Counted from the first letter of the stretch, positions 43,935 to 52,629 are shown. The stretch: DNA of 64,000 bases from Candidatus Saccharimonadota bacterium (GCA_022842995.1 JALHOM010000003.1:12659-76658), one strand, 5' to 3'. The notes: generated by a model from the letters alone, not told the origin. A program made the numbers and translations.

Positions 43935-44639
43935 ATGAACAGTAAGAGAACTTTACCCAGAGGCTTCCTCTACAAAGGCCGTAAGGCTAGTCCTGAAAAG
44001 CTGACTCAATGTATCAGCCAACTACAAGAATGCCCAACTCCAAGGCTAAAATACTCTGCACCCACATTCAGCGCCCTGACAACACTTGGCGAAGTTTTTT
44101 ATCTAGCAACAAGCATAATTGGTTATAGATATATAGACGACATTGCGCCAAACTGGCAATATGACCAGCGTCGCACCCAGCTTGCTTACATACCCCCAAC
44201 ATGCGACTCTACAGAAGAGCATGCGTTTTCGAAAACCGCTATTCTACCGGCTACTCACGGCCCGAGCGGAGTACTTTCGCTTTTAGTCGACGCCCCTGAC
44301 TACTCTAACGCAAACAGAACAGTCACCACGGTGTATGGCGTTGCCATCCCTTCAGTTGTCAAATCTATCAAATCACCTTTTCAACTAAGCAAAATAAACG
44401 CAATCGGACTTATGACAACATCTTCAACAAAAATTCCGACATCGACAACAGAAGAGCCCGATTCAAACCAAGCTTTCCACATCGAATCACATATTAAACC
44501 TTACGGCCGCAGCCTTCTTTTACCAAATGGCAGTCTCGGGGACACCGGCTTCGCTTCGCTCATGGCGACCTACTTTACAGAGACAAGGACTGCGGTACTG
44601 TCACTGGCTCATTTAGCACTCAAAACACAAGAAATATAG
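43935..44639 (+). CDS. orphan array member 4 (234 aa from ATG; the track start 43893 is TTG)
   Basis: ORF. FSALTTLGEVFYLATSIIG, APNWQYD, and C-terminal helix GFASLMATYFTETRTAVLSLAHLAL. Confidence 0.55.
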   Translation: MNSKRTLPRGFLYKGRKASPEKLTQCISQLQECPTPRLKYSAPTFSALTTLGEVFYLATSIIGYRYIDDIAPNWQYDQRRTQLAYIPPTCDSTEEHAFSKTAILPATHGPSGVLSLLVDAPDYSNANRTVTTVYGVAIPSVVKSIKSPFQLSKINAIGLMTTSSTKIPTSTTEEPDSNQAFHIESHIKPYGRSLLLPNGSLGDTGFASLMATYFTETRTAVLSLAHLALKTQEI

Positions 44640-44698
44640 TCAAAAATATAAGTTCATCAATTAATGACTGAAACAGCGGAATCAACCGGCGCAGAACC

Positions 44699-44938
44699 TT
44701 GGTTTCGGCTTGGCTAAAAACTATCAACGAGGCAAGGCATCTTCTGCCTGAACCTATCACAGAAAAACCTATATGGATACAATCCGCGTGCAATAACCGG
44801 AATTATACCTACGTCAAAGACCTTCGGGCTCGGTATGATTTATATACTAGATTGTTTGGCATCTATGACGTCCTCGCATTGGAACAAGGCGCAAAACTAG
44901 ACAAGACTTCGGGGAACTACTTTATACCAAGAAATTAG
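44699..44938 (+). CDS. short array ORF (79 aa, TTG start) - possibly truncated or frameshifted member
   Basis: No ATG in frame. An ATG at 44664 opens an 18-codon ORF in another frame that ends inside this one. Confidence 0.3.
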   Translation: MVSAWLKTINEARHLLPEPITEKPIWIQSACNNRNYTYVKDLRARYDLYTRLFGIYDVLALEQGAKLDKTSGNYFIPRN

Positions 44939-45017
44939 CCATCCTTGGTAAAAATAAATATACAGCTCGGTAATACTGCTTTTGTTTAAGCCTTACCCGG
45001 CATTATATATTTGAATT

Positions 45018-45668
45018 ATGACAATGACTCCTTCCGGAAAGCATGACCGTGGCAACGGCTTATCAGATCCACACATCATACTTAAGCAAACAAGAGAAAT
45101 AATTCAGATATCACCAAGCGATGATCCTTTAGAGATCCTCGGTCTCGCAACTGAGCTCGGAAGATTAACCACTCTAACGCTTAAAAATACCTTTGTACAA
45201 ATTAAAAAAATAGGTCTACCTCCGGATTGGGAACCTTATTGCATGGCCGGTGTACAAGGTTTCAGCTTTTCGCGCACTCCTGAGAATGATTTAAATCCAT
45301 TAATTGAAGGCAGGTGTGCTCTTGGCATAAACACGCTTGAGCATTTACCGACATTGGTCGAACCGGGAAATCATATTGACTTTGCCCGCCCCAGGCAACA
45401 AATTATTTTTCCAAGCCGTAAAACCCAATTAGCTCTAGCCGGTATGGATCCCAAGGACTGGCTTGATTCAAAAATCAAAACTCAAATGCTTGCAGGCGAA
45501 GAAATAACTGGCGAGATAACGCCCTTCGTACTGCCAACTTTTAAAGGGGTGCACTCAGTCGATAGTCGTCGTTTCGCCGAACTGCACGCCTATCTCACAA
45601 CTGCTCGACGTATTGCAGATCAAGTTTTAGTTTCGGCTTTACAACAATTAATTTCACGCGAGGAATAG
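45018..45668 (+). CDS. orphan array member 6 (216 aa)
   Basis: ORF. KQTREIIQI, LEILGLATELGRLTTLTL, PPDWEPY, and C-terminal helix RRFAELHAYLTTARRIADQVLVSALQQL. Confidence 0.6.
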   Translation: MTMTPSGKHDRGNGLSDPHIILKQTREIIQISPSDDPLEILGLATELGRLTTLTLKNTFVQIKKIGLPPDWEPYCMAGVQGFSFSRTPENDLNPLIEGRCALGINTLEHLPTLVEPGNHIDFARPRQQIIFPSRKTQLALAGMDPKDWLDSKIKTQMLAGEEITGEITPFVLPTFKGVHSVDSRRFAELHAYLTTARRIADQVLVSALQQLISREE

Positions 45669-45673
45669 ATTTC

Positions 45674-46420
45674 ATGACACAGCAATCACCAGAGAAGACC
45701 ATAGCCCAATCTCGAAAAGAGATCCTTGAGCACCTCAAGGTTTTGCGTGGGCAAAAAGTTGCCGAAGATATCCACTCCGACCAAGCTAGAGTAAATCTCC
45801 AAACGCTGGGGCAAGTAGCCAATGGGAGCCTGGTTTTGCTCGCAACGGCACACGCCTCCGGACAAGCCAAACACTGGTCTTTTGACGCTCCTAACGGTTA
45901 TTTCATCTATGAAAGACCTGGCGCCGTCCAGAGGAGGGGCGGAGTTACTCACTATCACCAAATGATGGTCAACAGAACATCTACAAGAGCCGTTGGTTAC
46001 ATAAAGATACTGCGAGCTGAAGTTCATGCTGGGCTTCATACACCTACTTATTTACGCTCTACTGGGGTTCCTGACCCTTCATCGCCAGCAAGTCCAGATG
46101 TAGTGCTATATAGAAGTGCTCGGCACGACTTATATTACGACTCAGACAAAATTGCAGATTCCCTATTACCTCACTTAAGAACCGAGGAAGAAATATATGC
46201 AGCCGAAGCAGAAACGGCTACTGCCATGCCATTTTACACTGCTCAAGAACACTCGCGCAGATTACCTGAATTCCCCGACAGACCCGACGTCCCACGCACC
46301 CCATTTGGCTTATACTACGCCGGAGCATCTCTACTGGTAGCAAATTTCGCGCAACTCGTCCTTGATACGACACCTAATCCCAGCCTGCCTCCACATTCCC
46401 ACATTAAAACAATCATCTGA
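45674..46420 (+). CDS. orphan array member 7 (248 aa)
   Basis: Starts 5 nt after member 6. SRKEILEHLKVL, LQTLGQVANGSLVLLATA, AKHWSFD. Confidence 0.6.
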   Translation: MTQQSPEKTIAQSRKEILEHLKVLRGQKVAEDIHSDQARVNLQTLGQVANGSLVLLATAHASGQAKHWSFDAPNGYFIYERPGAVQRRGGVTHYHQMMVNRTSTRAVGYIKILRAEVHAGLHTPTYLRSTGVPDPSSPASPDVVLYRSARHDLYYDSDKIADSLLPHLRTEEEIYAAEAETATAMPFYTAQEHSRRLPEFPDRPDVPRTPFGLYYAGASLLVANFAQLVLDTTPNPSLPPHSHIKTII

Positions 46421-46464
46421 CTAATTTTCTGTACTAACCAGTAATACACCGAGGTGAAGTTCAC

Positions 46465-47184
46465 ATGCTAGACGGACTACAAGGCATAGATCCAGATTCG
46501 TACCCAAACTCGCATAGAGCACTCAAAGCGACAGTCCTAGAAGAAGTCGAATCGATTATAGATCTCCTTGGGCGTTCCCCAAACCCAGCCTTTACACTAG
46601 AAGTTGCATCGGTCCTTGGAGGATTTGCTTTTAGCGCAGCAACCATGGCCCGCCGCCACGTCAGAGACATTGACGGCTCCGATCCAGAGTGGCACACCGT
46701 CGAAAGCTATTCTGACCCGGACGAGCCATTTACTCTATCGAACGAAGCTACGTTTATTTCTGTGATTTACAACCCTGTGCCTTCAGAATCACCAGACAAC
46801 GAACCTAACCGATATCGTCATTTCATTCGGATTCCAAAAGATTATGGAGTTGTCACGCTGTACGCATCGGACTACGACCCCCGCCTAGGGCTAATGTCGC
46901 TCAGCGCGTCCATTCCGTGCATCGAACCGCACACAGATCTAAATCGAGCCTTAATTCAGTACACTATGGATGGTAAGATAAGAGCCGCATCTACCGACGA
47001 GCCAGAATTACCGCAAATAGATTTGCCCATCCCTACTTCCTGGACCCAATTAGACCAGAATCCTAACAGCGACGAACTTGCCGAGCACAACCGGTACAGA
47101 GATAAACTTATTGTGCTCACAAAAAAAGTAGTTCTATACACCTTCGAATTCTTGGACGAGAAGTATTTCGTTTTAGATGCTTGA
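46465..47184 (+). CDS. orphan array member 8 (239 aa)
   Basis: GAGGTGA RBS. KATVLEEVESIIDLL, FTLEVASVLGGFAFSAATMA, DPEWHTV. Confidence 0.6.
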   Translation: MLDGLQGIDPDSYPNSHRALKATVLEEVESIIDLLGRSPNPAFTLEVASVLGGFAFSAATMARRHVRDIDGSDPEWHTVESYSDPDEPFTLSNEATFISVIYNPVPSESPDNEPNRYRHFIRIPKDYGVVTLYASDYDPRLGLMSLSASIPCIEPHTDLNRALIQYTMDGKIRAASTDEPELPQIDLPIPTSWTQLDQNPNSDELAEHNRYRDKLIVLTKKVVLYTFEFLDEKYFVLDA

Positions 47185-47303
47185 AAATCGACTACACTCA
47201 GCAAAATTAAAGTAATAACTTTTTAAAAGGCCATCTCGGTTTTGTTTAGTCTGTCTGGAGTTGCTATAACAGTAGTTAAGGAGCACCTAACAGCCGAACT
47301 AAT

Positions 47304-47981
47304 ATGACCAAAACAACAGAGCAGAAACGAATTGCAAGAGAAACAATAGGGCAACATCTCGACCGCGTCCATATACTTACTGAGAATGGCGGTTTCGAGG
47401 CTTCAACTACTTTAGGAAAAGATACTTTAGAGCGACTCAAACTAGCTAGTAAGGCCATCGCTACGCTTCTTAGAGCTCCTCAACTTCCTTCAGAAAGAGT
47501 TTTAATTTCACCTGATCAAATTACACACTTTGGACAGGATTCCCTACGCCTATTCTATCTTTCTCAATCAGGATTGCATTTGGGAAAAAGCAGTGGCCCA
47601 CAGTTTAGTCTCTGCCCATCTGGAGCAATACGATTTCGGTCAGTCGAGCATGCGCTTTCACCACCATTAAATGGCACTTTGCCGCCACAGAGCGCAGTCA
47701 TCCCTCCGGCTAAAATATTGCAGCAATGTATCGACGGCGAGAACATTTACCTAGGAACCCACGCAGTCTATTATTATATGCCCCGCCAAGGACACCCGAG
47801 AGCCACACTAGAAGCTCGACCCTCTCTGAGAACCGAATCAGAAAGAAACTTAAGATACCTATCCGCCGCATCTGTCACCGCCCAAACCTTCCATGAAGTA
47901 TATACTCGCCTGCTTGAACACCCCGATTTCCCTTACGATACGTTCGTTGACCTCACCCCTCCCAAACCCATAAAAGAATAA
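47304..47981 (+). CDS. orphan array member 9 (225 aa)
   Basis: ORF. RIARETIGQHL, TLERLKLASKAIATLL, and C-terminal helix LRYLSAASVTAQTFHEVYTRLLEH. Lacks the Trp. Confidence 0.55.
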   Translation: MTKTTEQKRIARETIGQHLDRVHILTENGGFEASTTLGKDTLERLKLASKAIATLLRAPQLPSERVLISPDQITHFGQDSLRLFYLSQSGLHLGKSSGPQFSLCPSGAIRFRSVEHALSPPLNGTLPPQSAVIPPAKILQQCIDGENIYLGTHAVYYYMPRQGHPRATLEARPSLRTESERNLRYLSAASVTAQTFHEVYTRLLEHPDFPYDTFVDLTPPKPIKE

Positions 47982-47989
47982 AGATTAAA

Positions 47990-48098
47990 GAGAGCTACGA
48001 GTCTTAAGCTATGAGCTTTGAGTCATAAGCTATGAGTTATTGTAAAAGGGCTATGAGTCGTAAGATATGAGTTATGAGTTAAGAACTTTGAGAATCTA
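47990..48098. repeat. short-tandem-repeat block of the (a)tgag(t/c)(t/c)a(t/a) type
   Basis: aagctatgagctttgagtcataagctatgagttat...ctatgagtcgtaagatatgagttatgagttaagaac. Same word family as 16890-16915, 41684-41698, 51153-51186 and 52150-52180. Confidence 0.8.
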
Positions 48099-48108
48099 GT
48101 CAGCTGGG

Positions 48109-48148
48109 GCCGGCTTTCGCTGGCCAGCGAAGGATAACTGATGAAAAA
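48109..48148. repeat. 40-nt direct repeat copy 1 (contains palindrome TTCGCTGG/CCAGCGAA)
   Basis: gccggctttcgctggccagcgaaggataactgatgaaaaa, identical to 48898-48937. Confidence 0.95.
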
Positions 48149-48239
48149 CCAAATATATTAGAATACACTTGACATTTCTTGTCAAGACATGCTACTATTG
48201 CTATATCACCATGACGGGCTACCCTAAAGTGAACGTGCT

Positions 48240-48809
48240 TTAGGTTATGCCCGTCTCTTTTTGTCTCTTGTCTTTTTCCAATTTCTTTTTATTAACGGAT
48301 ACATAATCCATATAATCAACAAATTTTGACAATAAATTAGAGTAACGATGCTTGTTCGGAACAACTAGTGCTCCTAGTTTTTGAACACCTTCAAGATGTT
48401 CACATAAACTCAAAAAATCACCATCGCCAGATACAATAACTGCTTTATCGTAATTCTCAATTTCTTTAGCTGAAGCGTATAAAACCAAGTCAGTGTCTAC
48501 ATTGCCTTTGACGCGTATCCTTCCATCTGTATCTTTGAAGGATGTTGTGGGTTTTAGTACAACTATATAGCCTATTCGTTGAAGATAGGCGTACAAGCTT
48601 TCCCTTCCTGGCATATTACCTATAAATAAGAAGGCGGTTTCTACTTTGTGCTTATCTTTTAAGTACTGCCTGAATTTTTTAAAATCAAGTTCCCAGCCAG
48701 AATAAATTTTCTTACCTTTATGAATTACGTCATTGCTCACACCCAGATTCAGATTCTGACTGTCAATAAAAGCATATACAACTGGCCGTTTTTTATCTTT
48801 CACCATCAA
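48240..48809 (-). CDS. NYN-domain (LabA/DUF88-like, PIN-fold) putative ribonuclease
   Basis: 189 aa. VYAFIDSQNL...AFLFIG...NVDTDLVLYA...AVIVSGDGDF matches the NYN acidic-residue pattern. Confidence 0.8.
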   Translation of the reverse strand: MMVKDKKRPVVYAFIDSQNLNLGVSNDVIHKGKKIYSGWELDFKKFRQYLKDKHKVETAFLFIGNMPGRESLYAYLQRIGYIVVLKPTTSFKDTDGRIRVKGNVDTDLVLYASAKEIENYDKAVIVSGDGDFLSLCEHLEGVQKLGALVVPNKHRYSNLLSKFVDYMDYVSVNKKKLEKDKRQKETGIT

Positions 48810-48897
48810 ATAAATTATACCATATTTTGTTTGCGTTAATGGTTAATTTATTGGCCAATACGTTTTAGCCCAAATAAGATCCTCCGCTCCCGCGCGA

Positions 48898-48937
48898 GCC
48901 GGCTTTCGCTGGCCAGCGAAGGATAACTGATGAAAAA
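48898..48937. repeat. 40-nt direct repeat copy 2
   Basis: Identical to 48109-48148; the two copies bracket the NYN gene. Confidence 0.95.
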
Positions 48938-49235
48938 TAGGTAGGTATGCAATATAATTTTCGAGGACTGTTCGAATCCGCCGTGCAAGGCGGATAGTCC
49001 CGGCTTCATGAAAACTGATTAAAAATATAAGACCAGGCTAGTCTATGTTCGGCTCGAACTGTCTGAAACCCCAAACGGTGAGTTTTCGAGACGACTGATT
49101 AGTTTGGTCTTATATTTTTAGTAACGTTTTTATGATTGCCGGTCATTTTTTTGGGCTACCTTTTTGCTGATGCAAAAAAGGTAGTAATTTGGTTCTTTAA
49201 AAAGAACATTCTTAAAAAATTTCTAATTTTTCTTT

Positions 49236-49266
49236 CCAAAAGAAAAACCCCAGTTTCCTGGGGTCT
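49236..49266 (-). terminator. rho-independent terminator for the 49299-49772 gene
   Basis: On the minus strand, ACCCCAG-gaaa-CTGGGGT is followed by TTTTTCTTTT. Confidence 0.7.
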
Positions 49267-49298
49267 CTAATTCCTTCCGCTGGCTAGCGGATCACAAA

Positions 49299-49772
49299 TT
49301 ACAAGTCTTCGTCTTGTCCGTTACGATTAGCGTCATCGTCGTTAATGTTGGTCTGGAACTGATTTCCACCATAACCACCACCTGGGTATAATTTAAGATA
49401 TCTTCGGCAATCACTCGTGTTCCTAAATCCAAGACTTCGTGCTTCACGTCGACACTGTTCCCGAGATGTTGGCTTCGGTGTGGATGTGTAGTTGATGCAC
49501 TGCTGGTAACTTCTAAATCCGAGCATATCGTAGTTAGGGATCCATTTTGTAATCCGCTTGATTCCATGTCGCCATGACCATTCGCGAACTACCACCCATT
49601 CACCGCCTTCACACTGCTGTGAGGAACTGGGCTTTTCTACCTGAAAATAACTCCTAGACGAGCCCATAGCTGAAGCAGATGTAGCAAAGATACTGAACGC
49701 CAGCACCATGACAAAAGCAAAGACTAGCTTGTTTCGTCCTAGTGCCCGTGTTAGATTACTTAGTTTGCTCAT
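49299..49772 (-). CDS. small secreted Cys-containing protein (157 aa)
   Basis: Signal peptide LVFAFVMVLAFSIFATSASA; 5 Cys; Trp/Arg-rich. Confidence 0.55.
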   Translation of the reverse strand: MSKLSNLTRALGRNKLVFAFVMVLAFSIFATSASAMGSSRSYFQVEKPSSSQQCEGGEWVVVREWSWRHGIKRITKWIPNYDMLGFRSYQQCINYTSTPKPTSREQCRREARSLGFRNTSDCRRYLKLYPGGGYGGNQFQTNINDDDANRNGQDEDL

Positions 49773-49850
49773 TTATCCCTCATTTCAAAACTATTGCGAG
49801 CGCATACCCTAATACATTACACGTCGGCTTGTGCTTTTGTAAATAACTTT

Positions 49851-50624
49851 TCACAGTTGTATTAATTTTGGTCTTGACTTGGTATTTTTTACAGAGGTGG
49901 CACCAGAACGAGCTTGTGGATAAACGTGGTCATTTTTAATCGATGTTTTTGCGTCGGCTCGTTTAGTTGGCGCTATATGTTGCGTAGCGGTCTTGGATTG
50001 TCGCGCTAGACCGTGTGGCTTCGGTCCAAGTTGCGGGTGACGTGGTATGGTCGGGCCCATCATTTCTTCGGCAGTACGACGCCTTTGCGTATGAGCGTGC
50101 CGTTCAACCAACGGGCTTCGACCAAGGGCCATTAACGCCATGAGCTTAACGGGTCGTACTTGATCACGCCGTAAACCGCGTCTCACGAACTGCGCTCCGG
50201 CCTTGACTGACTCTACTGCCTCGTGACCATGATTCCTACCGTCTCGAATACTCTCGACGATTGCTGTTACTACACCTACAACCAATAGCAAATACGTATA
50301 GACGGCCAGGGTGTCAGTCATCTCGTTTTCGGGGTCAACGGCCGACAAGCCCGCTACAGCGAGCAACGTTATCAGGGCTAGCTTAAAAGTCGTTCGACTA
50401 TCTATCTTGAAAATAAGCGCCAGCACAAAGTACACGCCTATAGCGATCTCCCCTACCTGCTGGACCTGCAACAAGCTACTGACCGAGCTCAAGACCGCGA
50501 TCATCAGTACAAAAAATGCCAGACTGATGTAACCCGGTAAATTCCGGAAATACCAAACTAAGCCAATGCTCTCCAAACGAGATTGCTTATTTGATTTTAC
50601 TCTTTTGCTTTTCTTGAATGCCAT
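49851..50624 (-). CDS. membrane protein with basic C-terminal tail (257 aa)
   Basis: ORF with 4 TM segments followed by an Arg/His/Pro-rich tail. Confidence 0.5.
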   Translation of the reverse strand: MAFKKSKRVKSNKQSRLESIGLVWYFRNLPGYISLAFFVLMIAVLSSVSSLLQVQQVGEIAIGVYFVLALIFKIDSRTTFKLALITLLAVAGLSAVDPENEMTDTLAVYTYLLLVVGVVTAIVESIRDGRNHGHEAVESVKAGAQFVRRGLRRDQVRPVKLMALMALGRSPLVERHAHTQRRRTAEEMMGPTIPRHPQLGPKPHGLARQSKTATQHIAPTKRADAKTSIKNDHVYPQARSGATSVKNTKSRPKLIQL

Positions 50625-50655
50625 TTATAAAATACTCGTTAACGCCTTGCTAGAA

Positions 50656-52629
50656 TTATTGGATTTTATAGAGTGCTATGGAATCGTCTTGATAGCTCTC
50701 ACTAAAGCTCGGTCGGCCGTCAAAGACGTCGTATTTCTGCCAATCGAACTCTTTGACCACTACTACGTATTCTATGCTATCTTCTTTCAGGACGTCCGCC
50801 AAGTTTTGCCGGAAAGCAAGATCGGGCAATACATCCTTCTCAAAGCGCATTACCGCCGAATCTTGAACGGACTCATTGAGCGCGCCCAGCTCGGGATTAC
50901 TACTCATCACCGCCGGATATCCCATAAACCTTGGCGCAGGATTCGCCACGACACCACCCGTAAACTCCATTGGCATATACAAATGCCAGGGCAAATACAA
51001 AACCTTGCCACCACGATATTCACGGTCCAATACCGACTCTACCTGATACCACCCTCTCGGGTAATCGCCAGTTTTTGGCCAGGCGGTTGGGTCGAGGAAG
51101 ATGCCCGGTACCAAAAATATTGGGACAAGTAAAAATACTGCCCAATATTTTTGTGAGTCATGAGTCATGAGCCATGAGTCATGAGTTTTTTGTTTTCCGT
51201 AATCTGTTTTCCGTAATCTTGTATTACTGCCCACCGATATCTTTTTGCTGCTACTTAATTTTCTACTGACTACGGATAACTGATGACTGATAACTGACTT
51301 ATTGCTTTGAGCAAATGCAAGCAAGCCGCAGCCCGCGAAGTAGACGTACGCCAATGCAATAAGTCCGGCGAATTTCTGAGGTTCACGGTAGCCACTAAAC
51401 AGCGGGATATGGTCGACCAAAAACTGGTTTAGTAGGCCGACTATTGGAGCCTTTGTACCTGCCGCGAGAACGAGTCCAGCCGCCAACAAACTAGCGAAGA
51501 TTTTGAAGTAAAATCGCATGTGTTTATAGGACCAAAATGCCCCCTTAATAACCAAGTAAAGCAGCACCGCAAGTGGGAGCCACCACCACCAATGCGTATC
51601 TTGAGGCAAGAGGTACAAATTGCCGTTGTCCGCCCAAAAACCCTGCAATCGTAATAGGTTGCCGAATATTCCTATCCCGTCGCCAGTTGTTGCGTAAGCG
51701 GTTAGATCATCGACGCCAAATGAGCTGATCGTGTCCGCTGTTTGCCCTTTGCCGAGGATGAGGGGCAGGAGCCAATAGGAAGATAGCAGGAGCCATGAGA
51801 TTTGAGTCATGAGATAAGATTTAGCTGCGCGCTTGACAGTATCTTTATTAGCACGCTCGTCAATAGCCCACCACATAAAGACTATGAACGTCATGATGAC
51901 GGAGATGCCGAGGAAGTGAATGGACAATACGCCGGTTAAGGCCAGCAGTCCGCCGAGCGTTAGCCATTGTTTTCTGGTGGGGTTTTTGAGCAGTTTTAGG
52001 GTAGCTAGGAGGATGAATGGGAGGAGGGCGTAGCCCATTAAAACGGCCCATTGACCTGTCATGAAGCGAGTATAGACGAAATTATTTAGCAGATATAAGG
52101 CTCCAGCAAATATCGGGACTATCGCAATGGGCCGTGTAGCTTCATTTGAGACATGAGTCATGAGATATGAGTCATGAGCTTTTTGCTGCTTATCTTTTAT
52201 CTTTAATCTTTTATCTTTTATCTCGAGTCTTTCTTCTTTTGTCTTTCCTCTTTGAACTTTTGCATGCACTCTTTCATCTGCGGTCTTTGTTTTTTTCTGC
52301 TTGTCCTCCGGAGCCTTGGCGAAGGAGGATGAACCGTTAACTGTATACTCGATCATTTTTTTGGCACCAATAAAAATGGTCGCTAGTATTGCTAAGAGCA
52401 AAAGCCTCTGCACCACCCAGGCCGGCATAATCTTGGACAAAAGATACAGTAAATACTCGAACCAAAAAATAGACGTAACCGCCGTCGGTGCCGGCATATC
52501 CGGGACAAAAACCATATCCGGCACAAAGATATACCCCGGAACAAAAGATAACTGCATCACTAAAAACACCAGAGATATCAAAGCAACTTTTGCCCATCGT
52601 GATTGCAGGAAGTTACTTCGTTTTAGCAT
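50656..52629 (-). CDS. polytopic membrane protein (657 aa), likely envelope-glycan assembly; carries in-frame tandem-repeat insertions
   Basis: About 12 TM segments plus a C-terminal soluble domain. Hydrophilic loops are encoded by repeat DNA at 51150-51305, 51790-51830 and 52148-52300. Confidence 0.65.
   Translation of the reverse strand: MLKRSNFLQSRWAKVALISLVFLVMQLSFVPGYIFVPDMVFVPDMPAPTAVTSIFWFEYLLYLLSKIMPAWVVQRLLLLAILATIFIGAKKMIEYTVNGSSSFAKAPEDKQKKTKTADERVHAKVQRGKTKEERLEIKDKRLKIKDKQQKAHDSYLMTHVSNEATRPIAIVPIFAGALYLLNNFVYTRFMTGQWAVLMGYALLPFILLATLKLLKNPTRKQWLTLGGLLALTGVLSIHFLGISVIMTFIVFMWWAIDERANKDTVKRAAKSYLMTQISWLLLSSYWLLPLILGKGQTADTISSFGVDDLTAYATTGDGIGIFGNLLRLQGFWADNGNLYLLPQDTHWWWWLPLAVLLYLVIKGAFWSYKHMRFYFKIFASLLAAGLVLAAGTKAPIVGLLNQFLVDHIPLFSGYREPQKFAGLIALAYVYFAGCGLLAFAQSNKSVISHQLSVVSRKLSSSKKISVGSNTRLRKTDYGKQKTHDSWLMTHDSQKYWAVFLLVPIFLVPGIFLDPTAWPKTGDYPRGWYQVESVLDREYRGGKVLYLPWHLYMPMEFTGGVVANPAPRFMGYPAVMSSNPELGALNESVQDSAVMRFEKDVLPDLAFRQNLADVLKEDSIEYVVVVKEFDWQKYDVFDGRPSFSESYQDDSIALYKIQ
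51150..51305. repeat. in-frame modular short-tandem-repeat block inside CDS
   Basis: (gtcatga)n at 51153-51186, (ttttccgtaatctg)x2 at 51192-51219, (ctga[tc]aa/ctgac)n at 51263-51301. Translated as ...SHQLSVVSRKLSS...RLRKTDYGKQKTHDSWLMTHDSQ. Confidence 0.85.
52148..52300. repeat. second in-frame modular short-tandem-repeat block inside CDS
   Basis: gagacatgagtcatgagatatgagtcatgagc, then (cttttatct)n, then (tctttc)n. Translated as KTKEERLEIKDKRLKIKDKQQKAHDSYLMTHVS. Confidence 0.85.

Noticed and set aside
44664-44720. Frameshifted pseudogene reading for the 79-aa array ORF (ATG at 44664 in a different frame joins TTG-initiated ORF 44699-44938).
   Set aside because: A real TTG start, a frameshift and a truncated relic cannot be distinguished from the sequence alone. 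The ORF is kept as a low-confidence CDS.
48972-48996. gttcgaatccgccgtgcaagg as a tRNA 3' fragment marking an integration site at the end of the orphan array.
   Set aside because: Only the T loop plus the 3' T-stem resemble a tRNA. No matching intact tRNA is in the window and no integrase is present. The string is also part of a local hairpin (CCGCC-gtgcaa-GGCGG). Mentioned only within the ncRNA candidate.
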